Positions 1 through 13,799 of a stretch of DNA of 64,000 nucleotides are shown piece by piece. The notes under the pieces were generated by a model that worked only from the letters and a program-made list of their open reading frames with translations, searched no databases and had not been told where the DNA came from. Numbering within the stretch: position 1 is the stretch's first letter; every line of letters starts with the position of its first letter. The position numbers and the translations under genes were made by a program. The stretch is taken from assembly GCF_035594765.1 (NCBI RefSeq), contig NC_085842.1, forward strand, positions 301,119,749 through 301,183,748, given 5' to 3'. Source of the stretch: Anolis carolinensis. Taxonomy: Eukaryota.

Positions 1-888
1 ACCTTGCCTTAAACATTTTATTGATTATTTAAATCAAAATACTTCATAGTCTTTTTTTCCCCAAGTCTTTCCTTTAGAAAAGGTTTTGAAAAAAAAATAC
101 CCCAAAAGATGTTTTTTATTTTTTCTGTCTTGAAGACCATCACATCTTGCAATAGCAATATAACCTCATTAAAGTTTGAAATCTTTTACTATGTTTCATT
201 GTTACTTTCCTTCTATTTTTTTTCTCTTGGTATTGGCAGAACTGTTACAATTATAGTGCATGGCTCAAAGAGTGCATTTCCACTGATGTAACATAGCCAG
301 ATTATTTATTTTGTGCACTCTATGCTATAGTGCTATATTTAGTTAGCAGTAACAACAAATAAGGGTCAATTTGAGAGTACAACCTGAGTATTGCAAACAT
401 TGTAGACTAATATGAAAAAGTGACATATTTTTGTCTTATGGAAGCTTGCCTTTTAACTGAAGTTTACAAATTGCCTGAGAAGAAAGAAAACAGCATCAAT
501 TTAAATAGATTAAAAACCCTGCATAGATACAGAATTGAATTTGCCATTGCAAAACCACTGATCCTTATCTATCCCAGGTCCAGATGTGAAGGAGTCCTGG
601 GTAAAATTATTTTCTGAACATCTCATGTCAATCACTACAGCAAGCTATGTTTAAAGTATATAGAAGGCTGAGGAACTGACACAGAGCTAATCGTACTTAA
701 AAGCCTTCATGGGCTTAAGTATGTTTAATGCTGTGCTGGATTGTTGCCAAGTGGCCAGCGTTCTGAATCAGAGCACAGGTCATTTTCAGAAGCTTGATGC
801 TGTGCCAATGGCTGATAGTTCATTGGGTGACATAGCTACTGCCAGACCAAAGTCTTGCTCCCTACAGTCAGAACTACCTGCCCTTCAA

Positions 889-1104
889 GGGTGCATCTGC
901 AAGGCAGGATGAATGCAGTTTTGCATCACTTTAACTGTCATGGCTCAGTGTTACAAACCTTGGGAATTGTAGTTTTACAAGGTTTTAGCCAGAGAAGGGA
1001 GGCCAAAGAAAGTTGGTGTCTCACCAAACTACAACTCCCATGATTCCAGCCATGGCAGCTGAAGTGGTGCCAAACTGCATTCATTCTACAGTGTGGATGC
1101 ACTC
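889..1104. mobile_element. PIF/Harbinger-like MITE (GGGTGCATCT...GGATGCACTC); related decayed copies near 6764-6923, 20884-21050, 32640-32758, 59870-59950
   Basis: imperfect terminal inverted repeats, palindromic interior, TAA on the right flank, recurs in the window. Confidence 0.6.
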
Positions 1105-3059
1105 TAAGGCAATTTCTGTTCTAATTATTCGTGGAAATAATTGGCAATTCCCTTTGGTGTGTATGGGATGAATCGGTGTTTCTTAAACTTTGGTCCTTTA
1201 CATTTTTTGGACTTCACCCCCCAGAATCCTAAGGCAACAGAGACTGATAGGAGTTCAAGTCCAGAACTCCAGGAGGACTGGAGTTTTGGGAATCATTGGA
1301 CTTAAAATAGTAAATGCAGAAAAAAGTATTTTTTTTTTGGATTGGTGGCCACATGCTAGCATTAGATAGGGCCAGTTTCCAAAATCACATCAGAGATCTA
1401 CTTGTTCTCAATTCCCTGTTTCTTCAACTCCTTCTCTTGAAGATTCTGCTTCATTTTGAGTAGCAGCTCCTCTGTCTTCAATTAATGTATCTCCTTCTCT
1501 AGAACCAAATTCACATTCTACCTGATTAAATGTTCAAAGTGTTTTGAATGTCCTTCACATTTTATCCTGGTTCTAATATGGTAAAAAAAAAAATTGCCGT
1601 TTAGTCAATGAACACTGGCATGCTAGGACAGGTGATCCTAACATGACTTTGAAAAATTATTGTCCTGGTAGTACATGTTCTCCCTTAGGTCTTTATGTGA
1701 CAAGAAAAGCAGCAATTACATTTAAATTAACATTGCCCCATATTATTGGTTGTTAACAAGTGTCTCAGTTCAAATACAGAAACTGAATGCTTTCTTGATA
1801 CTGTGGATGGTCAGGGTCTGAAGCACTTTCCTTTAATGTTTATGCTTCACAAGTTAAATGTTAACAAAATTTCCTTCTCTCGTTTATCTATACTACTATT
1901 GACATTGTAGCCAAATGATAAGATAATACCAATTTGTCCATCATTAAGACACTCCTGGTCTCCTTTCATTACCCCATTTAGTTCTCATTTGCTGGGAACT
2001 AGAGATGGTGTGTTGAAAGTATATAAAGTTATATATTTAACTGTGAACAGGTTTTACCATGTTGCTTAAGAAACATTAGAATTTGGTAATTACTTTAATT
2101 CTGTTAAGTTGATAAATATTTAGGAACTACTGAAGAATTGGGCAACTTGGTATACTCTACTTCTCTGTTTTCAGTAACACTTTCCTTTTGATGATAATAA
2201 TGCTTCCCTAATCTGTTGTATGCTGTCGTCTGCCAGGAGAGCTTTCACTTTCAATGGTGCTACTAGCATGGCATCTCCACAGTTCAGTTGGCAGATGTCC
2301 CGTATATAACAAGAGGGGAAATGACATGGGAAGGGGAAGCAGGGAACATTTTTAGCTCCAGAAGTGACATGTCAAATTTTCCACTTTGCATGCTTTTTCA
2401 TTTTGTGTTGCTCATGGTGGGTTTTTTTTCCCTTTGAGGGTGTTTTTCACATTGGGGACCTCAGGAAAGTGGATGGGAAATAATCAAAAACAATTATAGC
2501 TGTTTTGGGTCTCGAGCAAGGGAAAGATGCAGGGTAATAGTAGTAGTAATAAGAATGGTAATAAGAATAATTTTATAAAAACATAATTTAAAAAATAGCA
2601 TAGTATAGATAAAGCCTTTGACAACATAATTGGGAAGGTTTGGAGGGTTTCTGGAAACCACAAAAGTGGGCCTTGGAGGCCGTGTATGACTCTAAACATG
2701 TGTGTGTGTGTGTGATAAGAGAAAATCCTGGGGACTAAAAGAGCATGAAATGCCTGATTTAGCAGTAAGTAATGTATGTTTTATACATTAGAGTGTGTGT
2801 ATTACTCTTATTTAATCGACATATGTTTCGGCCCACTGCATCTCCCAAAGTGACTTACCATAAAAGGAAGGAAAACATTCTTTAAAATCAGATTAAACCC
2901 TATTTTAAAGAGCTAATTTTTTAAAAAAAGCTAATTAAAATTCCATTCTGGGAAAAAGGCAGGATGTAAATCCAATAAATAAATAATTTTGAAAATGGTT
3001 TAAAACATCAAAGGGCTTTTGAAGTAATACCGTTTTGACTGCCTGTGGGAGCACAAAAT

Positions 3060-3263
3060 GTAGTTGTTTTGTGCCTTCAGGTCATTTCCAACTTATGGCA
3101 AATCTAAGGTAAAACAGGGTTTTCTTGGCAAGATTTGTTCAGATGAGGCTTGCCATTGCCTTTCTCTGGGGCTGAGAGTGTGACTTGTTTAGGGTTACTC
3201 AATAGGCTTTTATGACCAAATGTGGATTTGCACCCTGCAAACAGCTACACCACACTGGCTCTC
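3060..3263 (-). mobile_element. MIR/Ther1-derived CORE SINE (Squam3-like)
   Basis: reverse complement of the family at 21677 and 25992 (ttttcttggcaagatttgttcaga, gagtgtgacttg). Confidence 0.7.
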
Positions 3264-5347
3264 TCATATAGAAACATTTAGCATTACAATGGCTTATTTG
3301 GGCCCCTTTTTGCATACAAAATTAGGAAAGTGAGTTCCATTCAAAAATATCAGTCAGAGCTATAACATCAGTCACTGTGTACTTATTTATTGGTTGTGTT
3401 ATGCTTGTGTTTTGGAAAAGAAATTGAGTCCCAGATAGAATATGCTAATTTACTTTTTTTTTTATGCTGAAGCAATTCTTTAGAGGCTTTGTAGAAATGT
3501 TACCAATGTCAGCAGCAGCTTGTCATGGAAAATAAGTTCTCCCCATGAATCCCTGAATGTCATAATCTTTTAGAGGTCGGATCTGTGAAAGAAAGAATGT
3601 TATTGCTTTACATCTTGATTGGAGCAGTATCTGTATTTGGAATGACTGATAACAAGAAGTGATGTTCTGTCACTTTCTTTTCTGGTAGCAACCAGTCCTG
3701 GACAGTAGCATTTCTTTCATACTTGGAATGATTACAGACCACTTCCAGTATAAAACCTCTGTTCTACCACATATGCACAATCTACACTAGGAATGAAGAA
3801 AATTTGCTTCTTATCATGATTTGGATTTCAAGCCAGCATGAATAACGATGAAAAAAACCCACTGTCTTAATACTGTTTAAATATTTGTATATTTTAAGTT
3901 TGTATTAAAGTGCTTTTAGTTGTCACCCGCTTTGAGTCTCCGTATGGAGCGAAAAAGCAGGATATAAGTAAACTTAACAACATCATCAACAACAAAGCTT
4001 TGTGAGAGTTTTAGTCTGACCTATCTGGTGGATTTATGGTTCTCTGCCTTTGGACAAACCTGGATCTATAGACTTTTATTTGCACTTTAGCTTCTTTCCC
4101 TAGTACAAACCAAAATAGTAGCATCACAGCAAGTGCAGATTTTTACAAGTCCCTCTGTTCTAATCTTGTTTACATCTGTTGATAGGATGGCCTGATTGAG
4201 TCCTCTTTACACTTCAAAGTTTGCATTTGTTTTAAAGCCCATCAAAGATAATGCACTTATGCACACTTGACCTGCTTTAGATAACAGTGGGGTTGGAATT
4301 CTAATATTTGGACATAAATTAATATTTCTTTTTTAGAACTGGACTTAACATACTACTTCAGTATGAATCATAGGGTTTTGGTTAAATCGCCATTTATGGA
4401 CAGTCATCTGAGCATATTTCCTAGAAAGCTTTTTTACTTAAAGAATTATTTGGAGGGGAGTCGTTGGAGATGACAGAGAATGCTTTCTGATCCATGTGGG
4501 AGAACACCTTTCTTTTGGTTGGTAGCCGTTACTTCAGGTTTCTGATTGATAGCAGGAAGCTTTGTCCTCCTTTTAGATTCATAATAGCACTATGTTCTCA
4601 TGTGGCTTGACAGTGAAATCATTTGGAGCTGGTTGAGGGGGAAAGAGAAGGAAACTGAGGAGCTGAGCTGTTGCTATGACCTAAGTTCTTGGTGTACATT
4701 AAGACCCCTGTATCTGCTGGGATACATTCCTGGATAAACTGTGGTTATCACAAACAATAGATAATCTGGAGTGCCATTAAATTCCTTCTGGCTCCAGCAT
4801 ACCTTAGAGTTTTCACCTAGATTTATTATCTCAAGGCATTTACTGGGCCCTCTAGTGTGGCTCTGGGAGGAAGTATGCTATAGAATTGTACTGCAGGATC
4901 CAGCAAATACTGCAGGATCCAGCAAAAGAGAAACTATTTTTCCCCAAGCTCAAGTAAGCAAAGCTATGGATATTGATTGTGTGATTATGGTGTCTTACTA
5001 TATTGCCTCCGAAGTCACCAGAATGTTCCCTTACCTTGTGAACTGTGTGGGGAAATTAGGGACTCATTTTGTATGTACATTGTAACATTATTTGTGTGAG
5101 TGACCTCTTGAAAGGGATATGCTTATTGCTTATGCTTTCCTAGAATTCAAAGTGGCATACATACCTTTCTTAACCAGCCTTCTATCCACTGATGAGAAAC
5201 AGATTAATTTAGCTGTAGCATAGTTGTTGCTTCCTGGATTTTTCCTAGCTGGCCTAAAATGACTTGATATCAATGTTCATATTGATCTTGATGCTCCTTG
5301 AGACACATTAAGTGGCACTTGCATCATGCCAGAGGTTTCTGTAGCAC

Positions 5348-6384
5348 TGTTGCACTCTAGCACTGAAAACACCTGTTCACCCAGCACCACACCAGAGTCC
5401 AGTAATTCTATCTAAAAATGTTTATTGAAGAAAGCAGGTAAAAAGGGAAAAGGGGCATTTAAAAAGGAATAATCAGAATAGGAAATGTAAAATACTAAGT
5501 AAGGTAAAGGTTTTCCCTGATATTACATCTAATCATGTCTGACTCTGGGGGTTGGTGCTCATCTCCATTTCTAAGCCGAAGAGCTGGCATTGTCCATAGA
5601 AACCTCCAAGGTTACGTGGCTGGCATGACTGCATGGAGCGCCGTTACCTTCCAGCTGGAGCAGTACCTATTGATCTACTCACATTTGCATGTTTTCGAAC
5701 TGCTAGGTTGGCAGAAGCTGGGCCTAACAGCAGGAGCTCACTCCCCTCCCTAGATTCGAACTGCCGACCTTTTGGTCTGCAAATTCAGCAGCTCAGCGGT
5801 TTAACCTGCTGTGCCACCAGAAGGCCCTTATAAAATAGTAGAAATCCAAAAATGCAAATTCAAGAGAATCAAAATCCACAGCAGTACTTTAACCATAAAT
5901 ACATAAACCAGAAAAAAGAACTTTTCCAAGATACGTAAATCCTTCAAGGAAACAAAGGCATGAACCAGATAACTTGAAAGTACTTGAATCATGAACTTGA
6001 GAGCAAGACAGGAGAGCCATTCCTTTGGCAACGTTGTCTCCTCTGAAAGGCAGGAAGACAGCACTCCTTAATTTAAGCCCAACCAAGTAGCCATGAGATT
6101 ATGTCGAACGCATCTGGACTTCAAGATCTTTTCACGGAGTCTCTCAAAGCGCCTCATTAGCCTATTTTTCACTTCCTCCATTCTTAAACCTAATCTAGCT
6201 TCTCGTGGAAACTCTCCATCAACTGAAGGCCTTCCCAAGGGATCTGGGATTTTCACTTTCCCCTATGGAATCCAAAACATCAGCCCCTTTTGGGGCCTCT
6301 TCTGGCTCTAATTCTTTCCTGATATTGACAGCTTTATCCTCAGGGAAATCAGAAAAATCCTCATCTGCTTGCTGAGCTACAACA
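5348..6384 (-). mobile_element. solo LTR (Gypsy/BEL/copia type) interrupted by a SINE
   Basis: termini TGTTG...CAACA, perfect 5-bp TSD AGCAC (5343-5347, 6385-6389); minus-strand AATAAA at 5421-5426 and TATA-like AT box near 6068-6077. Confidence 0.8.
5498..5827 (-). mobile_element. Sauria SINE (tRNA-derived head, ACCTTT tail)
   Basis: AAGGTAAAGG tail, diagnostic body (catttgcatgttttcgaactgctaggttggcag); imperfect TSD TAAAATACTA/TAAAATAGTA. Confidence 0.9.
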
Positions 6385-7764
6385 AGCACTTCTATGCAAA
6401 ATGGTAGCCAGCCAGTTAGACAGGTTTTCTTATAAAATAACAGCATTGGTATATCTGTTCTCTCATACCCACGCGCTTAACTTTTGTGATAATTGGGAAA
6501 TATTGCTTAATATTTGTTGATCTGTTTTGGTTTAAGTTTTCATTTCTGAAGACCTTTTTTGTACTTTGCCAAAAACTGTACTTCCACCAAACCTGATGAT
6601 ATCTTTCTCTTTGGCACGGAATACTCTTATTTTAGCTGCATTAGGACAAATGCTTGGATAACTATTATATGATAGGTGATGTTGTACATGCATTGATAAT
6701 TGCTTGTATTTTTGAACTTAGTCTCCTTGTTGTGTGTCAGATGTATGATTTTTCTTTTTTTTGGATCCATGCTATGGAATCCTGAGAACTGTAGGTTCAC
6801 AAGGTTTTTAGCCTTGTCTGTCAAATAGTGTTGGTGTTTTACCAAACTACAGCTCCCATGATTCCATAGCATGCAGCCATGGCAATTAAAGTGCTGTCAA
6901 ACTGCATTGATTGTAGATGGACCCTGAGAGAGTGAATGAAGGGAAGAAAGGCTACATGGGGTCATGTTGACTGCGTTGGCCAAGTATTTGTGTGAACTAT
7001 ATTTACTGCCTTATCATCTGTTGTGCTGGTACTGTGCCAAGCTCAGTTTATTGCTTGTCTGCCAACACTGCATCCATGAAGATATTCAATGAGAAATTCA
7101 CCCAGGACTGTGGTTTACATTTGACTAAGGGGATAGGCTTAGGAAGAGGATCCATGTGTGGAAGGCTACATGACAGGACATTTTAAAATGTAGAGAACTT
7201 TGTGTGTGTATGACCACCAATAGGAAATAAGACTCCTTTGGACTTGAAGTACTAAAGAAGAATCATGTTGGTTTCGATCAAATGTACAATACTAATTTAC
7301 ATGGCTATTAACAGCCAAAAGCATGAACTGGTCCTTGGCTTAAAAAGTTTGAGAACGCTTGATATAGACCAATATTTTCGTCATGCAGTGACAAACCCGG
7401 TGCCAACAGAAAGCAGGACTTAAATGCAAGAATACATTTTTTCTCTCTCAATAACTAATGGGCAGATGTATAATATATTCTGGTATTAGAGAAAATGTGT
7501 ATCCTCATGACTAGTAGCCATGTTGATTTACCACCCCTTTTTAACTTGTCCATTTTGTTAGTGGCCATCACTACACGTGATGGCAGCAAATATGCTTATA
7601 GCTGAATTTGCTTTTAGATTGTTTTGGCCATTCATATTGAGAGCTAGAGAATTTAAAATACATTTTATGCTACCCTCTTGAAGCCTTTAATAAGGGACAG
7701 TCCACCATCTGGTAATTCATTCTATTATTTAACTAACATCACTGTGAAGAAGTTTCTGCTAAAT

Positions 7765-8051
7765 CAGAAGGGGGGGAAATCTGGCATGTGGGCTGCATGT
7801 AGCCATCATCCTTTTTTGTGTTCCTGGGATCCCCTTAAGTTTTTGAAGGGTGGGGCAAAGAATTACCAAAATTACCAAAACACGGTGGTTTGTCTTAATT
7901 GCCCCCCTTGGCTACAATTAGCAAAGCATAGAGTAGATCCCAGAATGACTTCCGATCATATCAGAGTTGTCCAGAAATCATTAGTGCACCTGCCAAGGGT
8001 ACATAGGGGCCAGAATTGACCCTTGTCTCTAAAGTGGTTGCTTAACTCCTG
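7765..8051. mobile_element. old non-autonomous hAT element
   Basis: CAG...CTG termini, 8-bp TSD TGCTAAAT/TCCTAAAT. Confidence 0.55.
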
Positions 8052-8608
8052 TCCTAAATATTTAATAGGAATCTTCTCTGTTGTAACTAAAGACCATTTG
8101 ATCTAGCCCTGGAATTTGAGAGAGCAGGTTTACGCATCTTTGCCATGTCCTGTCTGATAGTATTGGAAGATAGCTTATGAAGTCCACAGCTTCTTTAAAA
8201 AATAAAAACATCTATTTAAAATGAATTTTTCTTAGTGTATTAGCTATGATAAATGAGTTTCAAAGAGAGTACAACTAAACAGTTGGATGAATTATTCCTC
8301 CATACCTTGCTTGTGAGCTTCCTGGAGCATTTGCTTGGTATTTCCTAACCTTGAATACCCAGATATTGGATTGTAATTTCCACTCAACACTATCAGTTGG
8401 CAGAGGTAATGGGTATTATATTTGATATTGTCTGGGAAGTCCTGCAGGTCCATTTTCATTCAGAAATTGTACATTATTATTGTATACAAAAGAAAACCTG
8501 TTATGATATCAGCAAGTGGCAAATGGGTACTCAAGTTTAGTTATTCTGCATTATAACAAAATAAAAAATGTTTGCTAATCCAAACTAAATATTGCAAATA
8601 CGTTTTGC

Positions 8609-8958
8609 AGTCATGTCTCCACATTCATTGGAGTTAAAGACATTGGAGCCCTGTGAAAGTGAAAATCATGAATAATGAAATTACTATTTCTTACCTGAGA
8701 TAATACCCTTCTTGGAATTTCTAGGTCTTCTAGCATGGCTCTGTGGTTGACTTCTGCTGGAAGCTGACCATAAACTTACTTTGAAGGTCCTAAAGATTCC
8801 TAGAAAGATGTTCTCTCTAGAAATCTGTGCGTCCTCCAGCATGACCAGAGGAAGTTGACCATAAGGTTGGATTGGAGGATCTAGAAATTCCTAGAGAGAT
8901 TTTAATCAAATCCATGAATAATCAAATCCACAAAGTTTGAAAATGGATGGACAACTAC
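8609..8958. mobile_element. decayed Tigger/pogo-like MITE
   Basis: degenerate TIRs (cagtcatgtctccacatt / aatggatggacaacta), internal inverted ctagaaattcctagagag motifs; a related remnant lies near 4700-4985. Confidence 0.45.
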
Positions 8959-10106
8959 ATTTGTAAAACTGTATTTTCCTTGATTTGTTGAATTTGGTTA
9001 CAAATAGTTACAAATAGTCCAAAATGTTATGAAATCCACATTGTTGGGGATTAAATTTGACCTATTTTGCCTATGGGAGAATTTAAACCAATTGAAATTT
9101 TGCATGATAATGTCATGGTGTGTGTATGTGTTTTCAGCTTTTGTCTGTGTAGCATTTGAACTTCAGTTAATTTTTTCACACGTATTTCAGCACATATTTG
9201 CAACAAAAAAGCATTTTGAGATTGCCAAGTAAATAAAGCTAGAAAACTTTTGTGAAGAAATCCTCAGATCTGCTAATTCATCTTCAATTAATTTGTAAAA
9301 GATAATTTACTGAACATTATTGTGCTGATTTTTGAATTAGTTGTGTCAGTCTTGTGCTTCAGGTGGCTTCTAATTTTAGCTCCTATGCTGGCAGGGTCAT
9401 ATTCTCTTGGTATTCCTATAATACAGAGGCTCTAAAGACCAACACTATGTTTGAAAAGCTTGTTTGCTGTTTAGCCTACAGATGAGGAATGGAAACACAG
9501 ACTCTGAAGTCAGCTGCTGCATTAGAACAGTGTGTCATACATGAGTGGCTGCAAATATTAACCTTGACTTGTAGTCCCGATCAGATTTCATTTCCTAGGT
9601 TTCTGAATGTTGTGACCTTGTGACACATGATGCATCACGTAAATACATGTGGAGGAAAAGCAACCAATATAATTTGTGGCTTTGGTGCTTGTCATGCATT
9701 TATTCCCCACTATTGTCTCAGTGAACAAGAAACAGAATTTTTTAGGGCAGAAGTTCCTTAGGAATAGTTTTTTTAAAACTATGCAGATGCTAAATATGTT
9801 TTTAGAATGTTTATACTCCACTTTTTGTTATTCTGTTCTTTCATCCTATATTTGAACTTTTTCCTCTGATTTTACTGTAAGTCACTTCAGTGACATCTGA
9901 AGGACTCAAAACTCTTATGATATGAGGAGAATAAAAATCTTATAAATGTATAATTAAAGAAAAGGTGCTCTTCCCCCAGCTGGTTTCTTGAAGATTTTTG
10001 AGACTACAGTTTCCACCTTCCCTGCCTATTGGCCATTTTGTTTCATAAACTATAACACAAGTCAGTGGATTTCAGTTGCCAGAAAAGATAACCCACCAAA
10101 ACATTG

Positions 10107-10302
10107 GGAAGAATATCTTTAGTGTCAGAACTGTTCAACAGCAGAATGGACTGTCTCATAGGATAGTGGACTCTCTATCTTTGTAGATCTTTAAACAGAG
10201 TTTGGTTGGGCATCTCTCAGAAGTGTTTTAATTATTTATAACAATCAAGCAAAGAGTTTGACCAGATAGTCCTATGGTCACTTTCAGTTCTGTGATTCTA
10301 TA
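10107..10302 (+). mobile_element. old CR1 LINE 3' end
   Basis: CR1-like 3' sequence ending ttctgtgattctat. Confidence 0.65.
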
Positions 10303-10481
10303 GTGATGGGTGTTGTAGTCTCAGGCTTGGAACCTGCTCCAAATTCTATCATTTTTTACCAATGTCTTGGCCAAGGCTGATGGGTGTTGTGATACAGCAA
10401 GTCGTGGAGGGGTACATGTTGTCCACTCTCTACTCGAAAACCTAGTTGTCTTAGCAATGCTATTTTGGCCACCATTCATAA

Positions 10482-10785
10482 TACTGTATAACCCAAGTTT
10501 TCTTCCTGGATTATAAATGTCATTTTCTAATTTGTTCTATCATAAAAACATTGAAAAAGTTTATCAAGAACTTTGCTTTTGAGGAACACCTTGCAGCACA
10601 TTTTGCTATTGTTTTTCAATGAATATGTCATCAAATCTCAACTAGTTCAACATAGTTTGTGGCAGCCACAAAAATGAAGTTTCTGGAGTATAACAATTAT
10701 TTTCAAAGTAAGTACCACACAATTAAATAGGAAATGACACTTTCAAACCAGGAACAGAAAACCTTTCAAATTTTGTTACATAGTG
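10482..10785. mobile_element. Chapaev3-like non-autonomous DNA transposon
   Basis: ends TGTTACATAGTG, 3-bp TAA TSD; same family as 41299-41579. Confidence 0.7.
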
Positions 10786-11099
10786 TAATATACTCCTTTT
10801 GATGGATTTGAAGCTCTTTGACCCACATAGTCATAAAGCAGATGGCATTGCTTTTCATGGTATAACTGTATTGTTTGAAAAGAACAGGAGGTAAGTTCAG
10901 GATATTCTGTGCACAGGAAGATTTGTGTGCCCTTTTGCTTGAAGAATTATTATTATTATTATTTAATTTATTTATACCTCGCCTTTCTCCCTGTGGGGAC
11001 TCAAGGTGGCAAACAGCCACACACTTTGGTCAATTTAAAACAAAGCAAATACAAAAAACCCCCTAAAAAACAACAATTAAACAGTACTGTATGTGTTAG

Positions 11100-11551
11100 G
11101 TTAAAAATACAGTTGTTATTTTAGTGTCTTAGTACTTAGGTCTGTTCCTGGAGTTATTTGGGATGCTGGTTCAGAAAATTGCATTAGATAGACCAGGCAT
11201 GGGCAAACTCCAGGTGTTTTGGACTTTAACTCCCTCCAGGTGTTTTGGACTTCAGCTCCTGCAATTCCTAACAGCCTACTGGCAGTTAGGAATTGTGGGA
11301 GTTGAAGTCCCAAACACCTGGAAGGCCGGAGTTTGTCCATGCCTTGGATAGACCATATAAACTCTAGTTTCTGAGATATGGTTAGCATGATTTTTATGGC
11401 GAGTGGATAGCGACTGCTACATGGCATATGTTATATATCTAAAAAACTAGGGCTAATAAGGGGAAACTTGTGCCATTTTTGGAATCAGCAGGTCAAATAT
11501 ACCCAGAAACAGTTCTGGTCTTCGAGGCATCAAAATCTGTGTACGTCAGTG
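11100..11551. mobile_element. second Chapaev3-like element (left end unclear), interrupted by a hAT MITE
   Basis: right terminus CAGTG followed by TTA; body continuous across the 11194-11345 insertion. Confidence 0.45.
11194..11345. mobile_element. palindromic hAT (Buster/Charlie-type) MITE
   Basis: TIR CAGGCATGGGCAAACT/AGTTTGTCCATGCCTT; TSD AGATAGAC/GGATAGAC; internal tandem duplication of about 26 bp. Confidence 0.8.
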
Positions 11552-11847
11552 TTATTAATTACTTTTGTTTGTATGGAAGAGACTCAGTAACTGGAATAAT
11601 GCAGCAGGAAAGCCTAAGAGGGAAGGAAATTATAAACACAGGTAGCCCAGAATATGTAAATTTGATTTACTTGCATTATTTTTAAGCACAGGTGGATGCA
11701 ACAGTGCCTGAAGTAGAAGCCAAAAATTCATGGGGGCAGGAGAGAAAGGAATGCGTCATAGAGTTTCACAAATTGCAAACTACGAATTTAACTTTCTGTC
11801 TTCCCAGGAATGTCTGTGATATTCTGTGAATTGATTACTTATGGTGA

Positions 11848-12006
<159 letters not shown>

Positions 12007-13649
12007 TGAGTTCCTGTATGAACTTGATGAGCTCTTTTTTGGAGTCAGATAGCTTTTTGTACCAACTTTGGACTTTATTCTCAGTTTCAGGGCTTGCTGC
12101 ACCAGAATTCACTTCTGGTGTTTCTTTTTGGAGTGCATGATAATAAATAAGCTGACTCTTATTCCAGGTATGAGATATAAGGATTGTAAGTTTGAGGGGA
12201 TCTTGGAATAGTTGTTCAGTTTGGTTTGGATAGGGTTTCATTCCCCCTGAAATAACAGTTTTTCTGCTTGAAGATCATCTTGGCTTCCCATGTAGCAGTA
12301 AAGCCAGAAATAATGTTTTTCTCTCAACTGTAAATAATTTATGGGAGTCATGGACCGGGATCCTTCATCAAACAGCTTTCATGTAACTAATGTTGTCAAA
12401 GTGAAAATCAGAGAAAATTCTGTAACTTCATTGGTTATTTAGAGGAAAGGGTTTTAGCAGGAGTTTGTTATCTGGTTGTATCACAAGCAACACAACACTT
12501 TTGAAACTGCCTCTTTTACAGAGCCATTAATGGTACAGGAGCATAATGGGTTGTTGTGCATTTTCTGGGCTGTATAGCCTGTATAACTAAAATGCACAAC
12601 AACCCAGTGATTTGGGCCATGAAAGCCTTTGACAACACACTTAGCATAATGCTCTGGCAACCCTAATTTATTGGGGCTGAACAATTCTTTTTTGAGTAGA
12701 TTTTCTGGAATAAGAATCAGATATCAAAAAGTAATCAAGTGGAAAGTTTCAATAATGTTACATTAGAAATTAGGCCATAAGGCATACTTTTACACATGCT
12801 TATTTGGAAAAGAAGAATGGTCCAACAAGGAGGCTTTGTGTGCATGTATCTGCTCTAGAATCACTGTATCTGGTGCCATCTTGTGGTTAAATCTGACATC
12901 CATAAGTGAATGTGTGTATTTTCTATTTGGTCATTCTTTGAAAGTTTTCAGAGTTATTCAGATTAGTAAGCTTAGTTCCTAAAATTGGGTTTGCCGGCAC
13001 AATTTGTGGATTTTGAATTCACAAAATAGATAATCACTGCAGTTCAGTAAAGCGTGGAGAGGATAGAATGAAGGTGTTTTTACAGTTATCATTGACTGAC
13101 TGTATTCCCATTCTCTCATAAAATATGTTTGATTTTTTTGATTGTATTTGTAGGTCATCTGCATTTTGCAGAGACCCTAGATTAGCAGGAATTATTACGG
13201 CCTTTCTCAGCTTTGTTGTTTATATTGCTAAGTATTATCTTCTCTCTTATATTTTAAGTATTTTGTGCTTGTTTGTTATAAGCAAACCAGCAAACTGTAT
13301 GGTATGGTATAAATAGAAACATCTTAACACATATGGAGGATTGTGACATCGGGAAGGGTCGGCCAATGGCTTTAATAGAGTTGAATTTTAGGATTTGAAT
13401 CTCAATTTACGAAGAAATAACACGCGAAAAGCAAGCCTTTGGGTTTGCAAACCATAACATTCAAGTGGTAGTTGGTATGTACTGCTTGAATATGATTGGA
13501 GTTGTTTGGTGAACAAGAAAAAGAGGAAATTGTTGTTGTTATATTTGTTTTCTTCTTGTTTAGGATTTGCAAGGTTCTTTTTTTCAGTCCATAGTTTTGC
13601 TTTCTCTTTGTTGTCAGTGTTTGTAATCATAGATTTCTCTTTCTCCTAG

Positions 13650-13799
13650 GGTACTCTTGCTGAACGCATTCGAGCTGGAGGAGCAGGCATCCCCGCTTTT
13701 TTTACCAGCACTGGATATGGGACTTTAGTGCAGCAAGGGGGAGCACCAATTAAATACAACAAAGATGGCACTGTTGCCCTGGCCAGTGAGCCAAGAGAG
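13650..13799 (+). CDS. OXCT1: OXCT1 exon 5 equivalent (150 nt)
   Basis: ttctcctag|GGT ACT...AGA GAG|gtaaaa; [50 protein letters not shown]. Confidence 0.97.

Noticed and set aside
4889-4926. 19-bp direct duplication TACTGCAGGATCCAGCAAA (PstI/BamHI-like sites suggest vector sequence)
   Set aside because: A simple slippage duplication inside a decayed MITE; no other vector features nearby.
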